64,000 bases of DNA, from assembly GCF_032062105.1 (NCBI RefSeq), contig NW_026931985.1:310001-374000 (forward strand), read 5' to 3'. Of this stretch, positions 37,331 to 49,700 are shown piece after piece. Made by a program: the position numbers and the translations under genes. Under the pieces are notes generated by a model. It searched no databases. It had not been told where the DNA came from and saw only the letters and a list, made by a program, of their open reading frames with translations. Position 1 is the stretch's first letter. Each line of letters begins with the position of its first letter. The stretch is from Saccostrea cucullata (taxonomy: Eukaryota).

Positions 37331-37768
37331 TTAGGTATTTCTCTGTAAACTCCAGCATGTAGGGCACGCCAGAGGAAGAGCGATTTTGTCCAGGTAAATT
37401 CTCACAAGGTGATTCTCAATGTCTGGACACATGGAGTTGGGGTATACCTGTAACACCGGGGGACATGAAAGCAGGGGCCCATAAGCTTTGGTGTCAGATG
37501 TCTTGATATAGAAGTTATTGCTGACTTTATTATTTTGTTTGGTGATATTTTTGTCCTTCATAATGTTGTTGCTCGCTGCAGCGGAGTTGACCTCTTGGCA
37601 GACGGTGGAAGGGAGGCTTGTCAGTTTCAGTTCCGCTTCCGTTACACGTCCGAGGCGATTGCCGTGTCCATAACGTCTCTTCTGAAATTCTATAATAGAT
37701 CTGGTTTTACTTCTGCTCAGCATAGAATGGCTCTCCTGAAGGAATACTGTGTTGACTTTCGCATTCAT
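37331..37768 (-). CDS. uncharacterised 145-aa protein, single coding exon
   Basis: GC-richer uninterrupted ORF within AT-rich flanks. Acceptor CTTCTTTTTCAG lies 13 nt upstream of AAAAATG, and a candidate 5'UTR exon donor (ATAG|GTAAGC) is at ~40903. No family recognised. Confidence 0.55.
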   Translation of the reverse strand: MNAKVNTVFLQESHSMLSRSKTRSIIEFQKRRYGHGNRLGRVTEAELKLTSLPSTVCQEVNSAAASNNIMKDKNITKQNNKVSNNFYIKTSDTKAYGPLLSCPPVLQVYPNSMCPDIENHLVRIYLDKIALPLACPTCWSLQRNT

Positions 37769-38185
37769 TTTTAGGGCTTGACTGAAAAAGAAGCATTGTG
37801 TTTGATAATATTTGAACCCTGAACATATCCTAATTTAAAGTGCCAAGGAAATTAAGATCTTTTTTTGTATTCTAGAGTAAAATACAATTATAAATTTTGA
37901 TAAAATAACTTTATTTTATTAAAGTTAGGGTTTATTTCCATCATGTTAGCTAAAGATACGCACACACACACATTGCATCAAGGGATGTTTTGGCAATTTT
38001 TTAGAGGTGTGACAATAATTTTGGCGGAATGTTTATTTTGCGAAGAAGGGTTTATTTCCAAAAAATGTTAGTTTAGGAAGAATTTAAATCCGATTTCTGT
38101 AAACTTTAGAATATCTATTTACGCATATTTTGACCAAAAACCAAAATAACAACAGGTTAATCCAAGATATTTTTTCTTGTACCTA

Positions 38186-40575
38186 CAAGATAAGATAAGA
38201 TAATTTTATTTCCAATTTTGGGCCCAGAAGGCATAAAGGTTTTTACAATGACAAGATAGGTTCTAAAAGAAAGGTTATGTAAACATATACAAACATAAAC
38301 ACACATACACACACATGTATATATCTGATATAATATTACAAGTAACTTGAATGCAGCAGTATGGGGTTATCAAATTGTTAATTAACATGCAATCAAAATC
38401 AATATTATCAATATACATATATACCAGTTTACAAATAAATATGTGTCTATAACATTATTTATGAAAACTCATGGCATTATGCCTTATTTTGAAGGCTTTG
38501 ACAAGATATTCACTTAGCTTTGTAACAATTAGATTATCTTCATTAGACATTAACCAGAGAAATTTGTCTCCTTTTGATAATAATATGAAATTTTTTTTTA
38601 ATGAGATACCTGAAAAAGTTGATCTCTCAGCCAGTATATAATGGGCATTCAGTAAGAAAATGATATTCATCTTCTATATTGTTTTGGTTACACGTTAAAC
38701 ATATTCTTTTGTTTCTATCTAAGGGGATTCTTTGACCAGCATTATTTTTTACAGATCCATATCTGCCTTTTTCAATTCTTAGGTCATGAGCACTTATTCT
38801 AAATCTGCAAATGGATTTTCTTATTTCATGAGATTTAATGTACATATATTTTTCAATTATAAAATTTTCTTTAAACATAAAATAAGTAGTAAGGGGGGCT
38901 GATTCCAGCCCTCTTTACGTTTCATTTTCCAATATATAGTGTTTTTTCAAATGTTTCTTAACTTGTTTTTTAAAAATGTGTTTTTGTATGTTTTACATTC
39001 TGGTAATGAGAGATTAATTTTCTTACTATAATAAATTACATTTTTGTACCAGCAGTTAATATTGCCTTGATTAAGGTTAATATTTTCTGTATATGCTTTA
39101 TGTAACAGGGAAGGGGGGGGGGGGATTGCAACCTATGCCAGTATAATAAGATGTTTTGAATAAGGATTGGGTATCTTCCCAGTTCAGAAATTATTGCAAT
39201 ATTAAACCTTCTGCTTCCAATATGATAATTACAAAATTTGATATTTAAGCTTTCTTGTTCCACTCTTTAAAAATATCGTATAAATGTTTGTTTTTAAAAA
39301 TCCCATACATTGTGGAAAGCATGTATCAAAACAATTTTTAAGAAATAGCTTTTAGGTCTTTGTATAATTTGAAAGAAGCTTTAAGCGCTTTATATATAGA
39401 TGAGATCTTGCTTCTTTGAAGGATCCACATTAGGTTAAAAAATTAAGTATTTATATTTGTTTACACATTCTAAGGGAAAAGTGTGAACTTTTCATTAATA
39501 AAATGACTACTTTTATTAAAGAAGTACTTTGGTTTTACTTGTATTAATTTCTAAGCACCATTACAGTATTTGTAAAGTAGGTCTAATTTGTTTTGCAGTC
39601 CTTTTTGGCTACAAATACAACAAGATCATCAGCATATAAGAGTAGGAAATTTTCTTTCAGAAAGAGAAACATGTCCAGTACATCAAGTAATTTGGAAAAA
39701 TCATTGAGAAATATTTTTAAAATATTTGGGCCTAGTCTCCCCGAACTCCTATTTCTGGTCTATATGGGGGAGTTCCAATTTGTTACCTATTTTTATATGA
39801 TTATGGCTATGTCTGTACATGTTGCACAAAATGTTAAAAAACAGCCCGTTTATATTTAATTGTAATAGTTTTAATTTTATGCCTTCATGAATAACTGTGT
39901 CGAAAGCTTTGCGAAAATCTACAAAACAAGCATATAGCCTTTTATTGCCAGTGTTGATATATTTGTCAATTAGACATTTTACTGGAATAAACTGTGTTCT
40001 GGATTCCATCATAAACCTTTTGAGTTTCATGTATTATTTTATGAGAGAGCCTGTTATTTAAAATGATATTAAAAAGTTTTGCTATGCTATTGTTTATTGT
40101 TATACCTCTATAGTTTTGGGGTAATTTAGGATTATCTGATTTAAAGATTGGTGTTGTATAACCCTCTAGCCATTTCAAAGATATATTCCAGATGTTAATA
40201 CAAGATTAAATAATTTCAGAATACAGGAGTTTATGTAAATTTATGCTTTTATCATTTCATTTGAGATGTTGACAGGCCAGGGCTTTTCCCAGACTTTAAG
40301 GAGTTGATGGCTTTTTGGATTTCAGGTGCAGATATCCTGAAATCCAGTTTATTAAAAAAGGTAGCCGCCTTATTGTTTAATAATTCATTAATTTTAGTTT
40401 CAATTGTGTTGATTCTTCCTTTGTACTTTTCTGGTAGTTTGGATAAAGTAGTAAAGTAGTTAAACCATGTACTTTCATCAACTGACTTTTCTAAATTTTC
40501 TTTTGTGTTTTACAAAATTTCTTAAAGATTTAACCAGTTTCCAATATTCTTTAGGATTGGTTTCATTAAGTTGAT
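38186..40575 (-). mobile_element. degenerate 5'-truncated LINE (CR1/L2 group) ORF2
   Basis: Frameshifted RT fragments NYRGIT..SIAKLFNIILNNRL, CFVDFRKAFDTV, RFRISAHDLRIEKGRY and C..CN..IEDEYHFL.ECPLY; 3' AATAAA followed by a (TCTTA)n tail at ~38186-38212. Confidence 0.9.
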
Positions 40576-40899
40576 ACATGTATACCGAAGGGTAAAAATG
40601 CAGCGATTAATATTTTAGCTGGCTACTACAAAACCGCTAAAATAAACCAAAATTTAAATTAGCACCCTGCTAAAATAATTTGATACATTTAACGTAAAAG
40701 GTTTTTGGGGGGGGGGGGGGCGGGGTGCCAGATTTCTGAAAAGGATTGAAAAACTGGAACCAAGACAACCCTAAACCTTCTGCATAATTTGATAATTAAA
40801 AATTATACTATTTACTCCATGTTTCCCACATCGTAATAGAATTTCAAAAACGTCTATACATTTAGCATGTATTATGAAAACAATAAGAAATGTTGTAGC

Positions 40900-41260
40900 T
40901 TACCTATTCATTGTCGCACCGTTACGTTTGAAGTGAAAAATTACGTTCTGTGACGTCACAATCTAAATGCATCATATTAAGTGCCCCGATGACTTATGCA
41001 AAGTAATGCAAAATCACATCTTAGCTAGAATCCTTTGAATAGATTTTATTCACAAAGTCAATTCAGTCCACGTACATGTAGTATTTTTTTAAGCGCCCAG
41101 ACCCCAATAATAACCCACCCAATTCCAAAACGTCATTTTTCGGACTTTTGAAAGCAAAAAAGAAAACTTTCCAAAACGAAAAAAGGGAAGTTGACGCAAC
41201 TGAGTCAGGTTCTTTTCCGCTTTAGAAAGTTTGTCCCCTAAGTTGGAAAAACTACGGTTT
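40900..41260. promoter_or_regulatory. candidate divergent promoter between the 145-aa gene and the cGLR gene
   Basis: CpG-richer patch with palindromic CRE TGTGACGTCACA (40949-40960), kB-like GAAAACTTTCC (41162-41172), TTGACGCAA (41191-41199) and AP-1 TGAGTCA (41201-41207). Confidence 0.4.
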
Positions 41261-42486
41261 GGGATTGGTATTATATCGTGTTAAGAGAGTGGGAGAGAGA
41301 CTGTGGTTGAAGATTGTATTTATTTAATTTATAAATACCACTTGAAATCATCTTTTGTTTACTATTAAAGAGCTATGATTTAACGTATTAGTATACTTTG
41401 GGGTTAATATCAAAAGGATGTTGAAAATCCTTACTGAAAACATTTATGAAAAAAAAGGTCTCCCGACAATCTGTTATTTTGGAATATCGATGGGCATTAT
41501 TTGTGCTCCTAATAATCCGATCTATTTTTATATTCTTTTGATAAAGACCAGTTTACGAATACACTGTCTCACAAATGAGATCAGCTTTTACACTGTCAAG
41601 TCCATTCCCATTGTTAATATTTCTGTTGTTATATTCCACTTTTACCTGCATATGATGTTTATGTTTCCCATTACGTATTCGGTACTCAAGAAATGCCTTG
41701 AGTATATACAAACAATTTTTAAACCAAGGAAGTCTACTGACAAATAGTTCGATGTTATATGGATTTCAAGTCTGTATTCCATAAATTCTACGATTGCGTT
41801 TTAATGACCTTGTTAGCAATTACACCCTATATAATTGGGTCGTATATATTTTGACCAACAAATTATATATACATTATACCAATATGCTTAGTCCTTTTTT
41901 AACATTAAATTTAACTACTAATTATTCCATCTTCACTGCATTAATCATTAATTTTCTTTTGACTGGAGAGGACAGTTCAAGTTGGAAAAACGAATGATTT
42001 TCTTTTGATCATGTATTAATAATACATACTCTTTGCATAAAAGTTGAATACACGCAGATCGGTGAACTTCAAGACGTTCTGCATGACTGATTACTTAATT
42101 AATCGTTTCATAATACATGTGTACCACATTCCCCTCATATGTATTTTCAAATTCATATGCACAAAAATATATTAAGAAATGTTTTATAAAAAGTTAAAGA
42201 AGAAAAATAATTAAAAAAAACATTTTCAGAGAAGTTGTCAGCTATGTTAATTATGCACGTATTTATTTCAATTTTAATAGCAATATTCAGAAAAATAGAA
42301 GACCGTATTTCTCTTCACAGATTCGTGTATCCCACTCTTTTTGATTGCATGTTATAAACACGGTATTTAAAACCTTTTAGATTATATTTACCAGTAACAA
42401 TTTATTTCAAGCAACCATAAAATATTGACAAAAGCTTTTTTATAACCAGTGAACTGCAAAGTGTATTTAAATCAATACAGACAGCA

Positions 42487-44757
42487 ATGGCTCAACATGA
42501 CGAGGATCGCGAAATGGAGTTGATTTTGACAGCGTTGGGATTCGAAGAGCCTGTTTCTAAAATGAAACAAGCTGAGGTTCTTGCATCCGAGAGAATTAAA
42601 AACGCCACGTTGGTTCCCAAATTCTCAACAGTGTACACTGGAAGTTCAGCGGAAGGGTTTAGTGGCGACTATGTGTTGAAAACATCCAAAGCCGATTTCG
42701 ACATTACAATTTCTTTCGATCGAATACTATATATAGTAGACCAAGGGGAGGATGTAAAAGACTTGGATACCAAAATTCCTTTTATTGTTCAGATTTGTCA
42801 TGAGAATGTGCCACCGGGTTACACGAAATTGGAGGCAATGATTGACGAAAAACTGGCTCTAACATCGAAATTGGTTGTGAAAGTTGAAAATCGCCTATTC
42901 TTATCGAGTTCGAAAGCTCTGTCCACTCTTGGGCCATCACATCGAAAAATTGTAGGAGAAATTGAGGACAAAAATGAAAAATATGTGTCATTTGAAAGAC
43001 ACGGCCCAGCAAGTACTGTAGTGTTTAACTGTTCAAATGTTGGCTTTGCAAAAAGAGATTTAGTTTGTGGATTCCCTTGTCGATTCTGGCCAAAATATGC
43101 TCAGAACTGGACAACGAGAAAAAGAATATGGCCTACCAAAGAACTCGTAATTATAATAACGAACGAAGGTTGCCATTTAGTCCCCACTGGATTTCCGGGG
43201 AGCGAGTCAGAACATATCGAATGGCGATACTCTTTTGTAAAATCAGAACGAAGGCTGATGTGGCTGCTTAATGATTGTCAACGCAAATGCTTCGCGTTAT
43301 TGAAATTTCTTAATAAAGAAATGGTAGCTAAATATTTTGAAAAAGAGACTCTGACGTCATATCATCTGAAGACTACCATGTTATGGGTTCTTGAAGAAAC
43401 GAAACCAACGGATTGGTCAACAGAAAACATCTTGCAATGTGTACAATTTTGCTTTACAAAATTATTGAAGTTTGTGAACAACAGACATTGTCCACATTAT
43501 TTTATGGAAAGTCTTAATTTATTGGATAGAGAGGTCTTTACAGAGGATACGTGTCAAAAGTTAAGTGACGTCATAACATCGATTCTAGGTGACCCCCTCT
43601 CAGCTTTACAAAAGTGTCCCACCATTCACCGACTTCATACTTGCTTGGACTCTTTAGATCTGGAATATCTTCATCGTTGTCACATGAGCTTCCAATGGTT
43701 CATGTGTTGTTCTAGACAATTTGACGAGCTGGTTTCTATGTCGGGGGTGAAATTCTGGAGAACAGTGTTGGGACATTACAACGTCAACAAATCAATGGGT
43801 TTCAACATGAGCCTCATGGAATACCTACAGGTTATGAATGATGATCCTTTTCAGAGTTTGTATGCTAGACCATTTGTAAGACTGAACCATTCTCTTATAG
43901 GAATCCTTCATCATACAGAAATATCCAAAATGACCCCAGTGGACGAGGAAGACTTTGAAATTCAAAATCTGTATGTAGAGGATGCAAGAGATAATTTTGT
44001 TAAAGGCTTTCAAGGTCATTCCATCACCCCAAAACTCAGGCTTGCGATTTTTGAGTTGATGATGAAAGAGCTAGATCGTGCCGATGAGATTTTAAAACAA
44101 ATTGATCATGAAAATGCTGTTTTTCTAGACAAAGAAATTAAAGCGAAAATGTCAGCGTTGGAGGAAGAATTCTTAGTCTTCATTTCTGATGAACTGGAAA
44201 AACGATCATTAAAGCCAGTCGAAATTGAAAGGCGGAAAAAGTTCGTAGAATGTACGTACAGGATTTTGCAAGGGATATTTGAAAGCAAAGATGTAGATCA
44301 TATGGAATATCTGCTCGAACTAGACCACAAATTCATAGAATTTCGACCGCTATCTTGGTTGTCAGCAGACGTCATATTTTTGCCGGAAGAAATCAGCTGT
44401 GTTCCTTTCCCTTTTCAGGTAGAACTGGCAGCTATCAAAGCTTATTCTTTACCCTGTGATGGCATCAAATACCATCCAAAAACTCTGACTCTTGCTCTCA
44501 AGTGTTTGGTCAGCGTTGCGCAAAACGACAGAGAGTCTGCAAAGTTCTTTTGCCGCCAAATTTTGACTTCTCTAGAAAGTATCGGGGAGGAATATGATCG
44601 TGTTCTTATCTTGAACTTAGTAGGTGGCTTGTTGCTTAAACTGAATGATTTTAATGATGCATGGGAAACAGTTATTAAGGCAGTTAGATTATCTAGGTCA
44701 AACATGTCTTCTTTTTGGTTACTTGGTTTACTTTTATCCAAGAAATTTCGTGATTGA
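42487..44757 (+). CDS. Mab-21-domain nucleotidyltransferase, cGAS-like receptor (cGLR), 756 aa, intronless CDS with a helical/TPR-like C-terminal extension
   Basis: TGSSAEG (G52-S53), D70-F-D72, RD191LV..FPC..WP, GCHLVPTG, EWRYSFVKSERRL, SYHLKTTMLW and CPHYFM are Mab-21/cGLR signatures. Confidence 0.93.
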   Translation: MAQHDEDREMELILTALGFEEPVSKMKQAEVLASERIKNATLVPKFSTVYTGSSAEGFSGDYVLKTSKADFDITISFDRILYIVDQGEDVKDLDTKIPFIVQICHENVPPGYTKLEAMIDEKLALTSKLVVKVENRLFLSSSKALSTLGPSHRKIVGEIEDKNEKYVSFERHGPASTVVFNCSNVGFAKRDLVCGFPCRFWPKYAQNWTTRKRIWPTKELVIIITNEGCHLVPTGFPGSESEHIEWRYSFVKSERRLMWLLNDCQRKCFALLKFLNKEMVAKYFEKETLTSYHLKTTMLWVLEETKPTDWSTENILQCVQFCFTKLLKFVNNRHCPHYFMESLNLLDREVFTEDTCQKLSDVITSILGDPLSALQKCPTIHRLHTCLDSLDLEYLHRCHMSFQWFMCCSRQFDELVSMSGVKFWRTVLGHYNVNKSMGFNMSLMEYLQVMNDDPFQSLYARPFVRLNHSLIGILHHTEISKMTPVDEEDFEIQNLYVEDARDNFVKGFQGHSITPKLRLAIFELMMKELDRADEILKQIDHENAVFLDKEIKAKMSALEEEFLVFISDELEKRSLKPVEIERRKKFVECTYRILQGIFESKDVDHMEYLLELDHKFIEFRPLSWLSADVIFLPEEISCVPFPFQVELAAIKAYSLPCDGIKYHPKTLTLALKCLVSVAQNDRESAKFFCRQILTSLESIGEEYDRVLILNLVGGLLLKLNDFNDAWETVIKAVRLSRSNMSSFWLLGLLLSKKFRD

Positions 44758-45435
44758 AATGAATTAACGAATCTTACATTAAACCGGCTGTTTACACTTT
44801 TATAAAACAATCATTAGAATTGAGAAATAAAAGGTCCACTTCTGTGTAACATTTAGGGAATAAATTTCTTTATGTCTGTTGTATATATAATTCATTGTTC
44901 TCTTTTATTTTTTTTTTTTTTTGAGGGATTGTATTGCATGACCCATACGGATGTATTATGTAATAAAAGAGTTATTAAAGCAATGAATCATAATTTTGGA
45001 TAGATATAGTCTTAAGAAAAATTGTTTGCATTCACTGTTGCAGTTTTAAGACTGTATCTTTAAAAAAAATAATGATTCATTGCTTATATCTACATTTTTA
45101 ACTCATATTGCCTTTCATTGCAAAAATGATTGTAATTTTTAAAATAAAATTTTGAAAGTTTCTTTTCCTGTGTTATTTTTGCGAGCTCTTTGAGTAGCAA
45201 AGTAATTCATTAAAATCAATTAATACACGTGTAAAATACTGGTCTTTCACTATTTATAAGCAATGAAAATTAAAACACTTGGAAGATTTAAAAACAAATG
45301 CAGTAAGTACTGAAATTGTCTTGATAAATAACAAAATAGACAAATTCATTAATTAATATACAGTACTGAAATTTATCACCAAGAAAATTGCCATTCAAAG
45401 ACAAAAAAGCACTGAAGTCCTAGTTGCTCACCTAA

Positions 45436-46199
45436 TTTAATTTAAACAATATTTTATTATGATAAACATAATTGGATTGGACAGCAGGCACTGCCTATAT
45501 AAGTCCTTTCCACAATACAAGGTCAAAATCATACATGTACAAGTAAATATTAATATAACATTGAAAAATATAAATAAATACATGCATATATTCAGTAGAA
45601 ATGTATATGACAAGGCAAATTAAGGAGAACAAAAAAAAAGAGAAATATATGAGCTGATAATATAATTTAAATTCATATTTTAACATATATGACTGGCAAT
45701 TATATTAATAATTGTATAAATTAAAAAAAAAAAATGAATAAGAAAACATAAATAGGTTTTGGTTTTGTGATTTGACAATTGAAAAACAAAAGCAGATAGA
45801 ATATCATGCAAATCGCTTTGTAGTTGCAATAAATTCTTGAACAAGTTCAAATATTGCAATATTTTGGTTGTATGTAAGATTATTGTCTCCATTTAGAATA
45901 AGTTGTAAACATAAAGGCATTGGTAATTGCAAAGTATTAAACTTTTGTATTAGGTTCTGTCTTTGCATACAGTATTTTGGACAATTCATAAAATAGTGAT
46001 ATGATGTTTCTGAATTAAACCCGCACATGTCACAACTTTTATCTTCCTTTAAAAAATGATTAAATAAGTCAGCATTTAAATTACTAGCATTATTTCGCAA
46101 CTGACAATGCAATATATTCATTTTACGACTTCCATAATTGTAATATTTCTTAGGTTTTATGCAGTATATATTCTTTATGGCAGTTTTGAATGATGTAAG
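45436..46199 (-). mobile_element. 5'-truncated CR1-group LINE with an 11-bp target-site duplication
   Basis: ORF2 C-terminus (HCQLRNNASNLN..C..CG..ETSYHYFMNCPKY, 45804-46121), AATAAA with a (TTAAA)n-like tail, and TSD TGCTCACCTAA at 45425-45435 and 46200-46210. Confidence 0.88.
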
Positions 46200-46799
46200 T
46201 GCTCACCTAAACATGCACTACTAAATTGAGAAAATACATGCAAATTATTTTTTGTTTTTTGCCTTATAAAGAAATTTAAGTTCTTGTTGTAAACTATATA
46301 TTGGATTATATGCAAATACAATAAGATCAATTATATATACATATATACATCTGACAATATCGGCATAAAGAGGGTTAATTAGTAAAAATGATCCGTGGTG
46401 TCTTGCGGAAAAGGATGATTTTGAAGAAATTATACATTAATGTTTCTAAATTCAATAACATTTTGCGAGTATTTTCAGAACCTGTTAGAAAGAGTGGTTG
46501 CCTACATACCTACAATGTACATGTAGGCCTAGTACAAGTAAGTGGTAAGTAAGTGATGTTTTATCTGTACCATTAATATCAAGTTTATCAGCAAAAAATA
46601 ATGCAAAAAGAATGGATTTTATAAGTAAAAAGTAATAAATATTACATAAACCCGATTTATGGCAAAACACCAAAGAGATTTGTAAAATAAATGAAAACAA
46701 AAATTTTAATATACATCGGGATCGTTAATCAAAGAATTCTTTGCTACGTGGCGAACAAGTGCGCATGCCAACGTGTAACTTCCTTTCAATTTATCCAAG

Positions 46800-49700
46800 A
46801 TGGGTACCAACAACATGTTGGCATTTGCCCTTTTCTCTGTTTTTTCACTGACATCAGGGCTATATTTTCATATCGGCGAAACTGAAAAGAAATGTTTCAT
46901 TGAGGAAATCCCAGATGAAACTATGGTTGTCGGTACGTTTTACATTTTTACTGAAAAATAATGCTCAATTCGGTATAAAATATGGTCATCTCTTGGTTAT
47001 TTTCAGATTGATTTGAAAGTATGGTATAATTTCTCGCCGGTTTAGTTTGCATTTGATAAACCATTGCAATACACATCTTGTTAAGCTAATACATTGCGTG
47101 AAATTCTCTTGATGAACACGATCAGGATATATTTTGTAACAGATCTTCTAGTATATCTTTGTAGGCAGGCAGGGATACATTTGTAGGAGGTATTATATTT
47201 TGAGTATAAGAGGCCTCTATAAGGATGATACAAAGCATCTGCTTCACAGTTATAGATTCTAGTCTGAAAAAAATATATTAAAATTCAGTGAAATGTGTTT
47301 ATATTTTGCAAAATTAAACCTACTTCACCTTTTTTTCAACATTTTGCTGTGTGTTACAGGCCATTACAAAGTAGAAATGTTTGACAGAAATGTCAATGAT
47401 TATGTACCAACTGTCTACGGACTTGGTATGCACGTGGAAGTTACAGACCCAGAAGATAAAACTGTCATGTCACGGGTAAGGTCAAGTGCAGAAACAAACT
47501 TAAACACAGCAAGGGCAACACGAATGCATGTTATCACATTTTAGCACATGGCAACATTTATTTCAAAATCAGATTTAAGCGCAAATTTAACAACTAATCA
47601 GTAATCATGAACATTTTATTGTCTCTATAATCATGGAAAAGATGAATTTAGGAAAAGCAGATCCGTCTGTGTCATTGAAAATTTTACCAAATATTTTACA
47701 ATTTGTGTTGATAAACTTGTATTGAGTTTGATCTGAAATCTTGCCATGTCTAAGCAGCAAATTTTTCAAAACTGCTGACATATAATGGCACTTTAATAGC
47801 ATTATTATGAAACTTTCTGAAAATCATATTAGAAAAAAGTTTTTAAAATGGAAAGGATGCTAAACTGCCATTATAAAAATCATTAATGTCTCCTGCTTTC
47901 TTCATTTTTTTAGAAAAAGCGGTTTGCAGTGATTTGCAGCAGAATAAAGTTGTCAAACCAGACTAGTTGCATGCATTGTTTTTAAAAAAGAGAAATGATT
48001 ATTCAATTTAATTGGCCCCTTTTTTCCAGGCGCATACAAAGTGCAGGCCTATGACTATTCTATTAAGGACTATTTGCCCTCTGCCCCAGGGGTGGGGATG
48101 TTGGTTGAGGTCAAGGACCCAGAGGAAAAAGTTATCCTGTCCCGGGTGAGTGTCAGCAGTTAGAGAAGGCGGCTTAGTTTCTCTGACCAGTACTTTCCAC
48201 CTTAAGATGACATGTGCTTTAGCTGAAGTGAATTACCACGGCAAAATTCACATCTAAATCCCACATAATCTGACTTCTACATTTACTGGACACTGGATTA
48301 TATCTCTAGAGTGGTTTTTTAGCACAGTTTTTAACAAAAAATTAATGAATATATTAACTCTTGTGTATATCTTTTGAATTATTATTTTTTTACTGCTTTT
48401 CACCTCATGTAAATGGTTGAATCACAAGATTGACATTTCAATCAATGCACTATTTCTAGTAACTAACTAGATGTTAGTTTATGCAAATGAGTCTTTCAAT
48501 AGCTGTCAGAAAAAAAGTCATACTCTTATACAATATTTATATTTTTTGCAAAACTGTGTAAATAAAGTGAAATAACATATTAAGTTAGCAATATCTTTGT
48601 CAATATTACATCAATTTTTGAGTTCAATAATTAGACAATAAAAAGCGGCAAACTTGGTTGTAGATTTTATAGACATTTATTGTAGATATATTTTTCTGTT
48701 CCTTTTCTTGTCTTGATAGAATGGTACAAACTTGGGAGCTGGTGCTGCATTTTAAAAAACTCCAATGATTTACTTTATTTTTCCCCCACAATTTTGTTCC
48801 TTTTTTACAGACTTCTATCACAAACTCTCTGGGGAGGAAAAACCCTTTTCAGCATACTTCATAGGAAACTGCGGCAGTTTGTTTTGCATGATAATGTTTT
48901 TTTCTTATATATATTTTGTTTACATGCATGCTTTTTTAATATATGTGCAGATTGGTAAATCATTACGATACATACATTAGAAATGATAAAGTATTAAGTT
49001 TGTCTATTTTATCATTTTATTATGCAGAAAATGATAACCATTCTCTTCCATGTAAATAATCTGAATTTTATAATAATTTTCATTTACCAATTAACTGTTA
49101 CGCATTTAAAAGATTTAAAAGATTCTTTGTTGATTCACATATGAAAATTTCTGTTAAGATGTAAAACTTTTCTGACACAAAATTTAATGAAATTATTTTC
49201 ATTCTTCAGACATATGCAGCAGATGGAAGATTCACTTTCACGTCCCATAATGCTGGGGAACATGTGATCTGTCTTCACTCCAATTCTACAGCTTGGTTTT
49301 CCAGTGGTCAGTTGGTAAGTTGACCATTCGGACATAAATGACCAGTATAAGATATGGTATAATGACAAGGGTCATGAAACTTGAACTGTATTTGATAAAA
49401 GTTTTCTCTGAATTGTTTTTGAAGCATTCCAGCAGTCTAAATATAAAGAGTACCTGAATTTTATTCAATTAAATATCTACCTTCAGTGATAACCAGGACC
49501 TTGTTTTCATTCTTGGTTAAAGCAGCGAAAGAGTTTGTAATGTGCATGTATCTATGGTGAAGCTACCAAATTATTGGGATAGCATAAGAGAGGGCTTTTA
49601 TATAGGAAATGCCTGCAGCCCAGTTCATTTATAATTAGATAAATGTTCAAATCAGCAGAAGAAGATTGAATTTAGATATGCCTCATTCAGAAAATTCATT

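Noticed and set aside
42782-44810. Short overlapping or antisense ORFs in the cGLR; a bacterial CBASS or contaminant interpretation
   Set aside because: These are shadows of the long CDS. The motifs are animal Mab-21 type, there are no operon partners, and composition matches the host flanks.
46800-46932. Suspected frameshift in the T-run of TMED exon 1
   Set aside because: Codon-by-codon reading from ATG 46800 is in frame through the donor.
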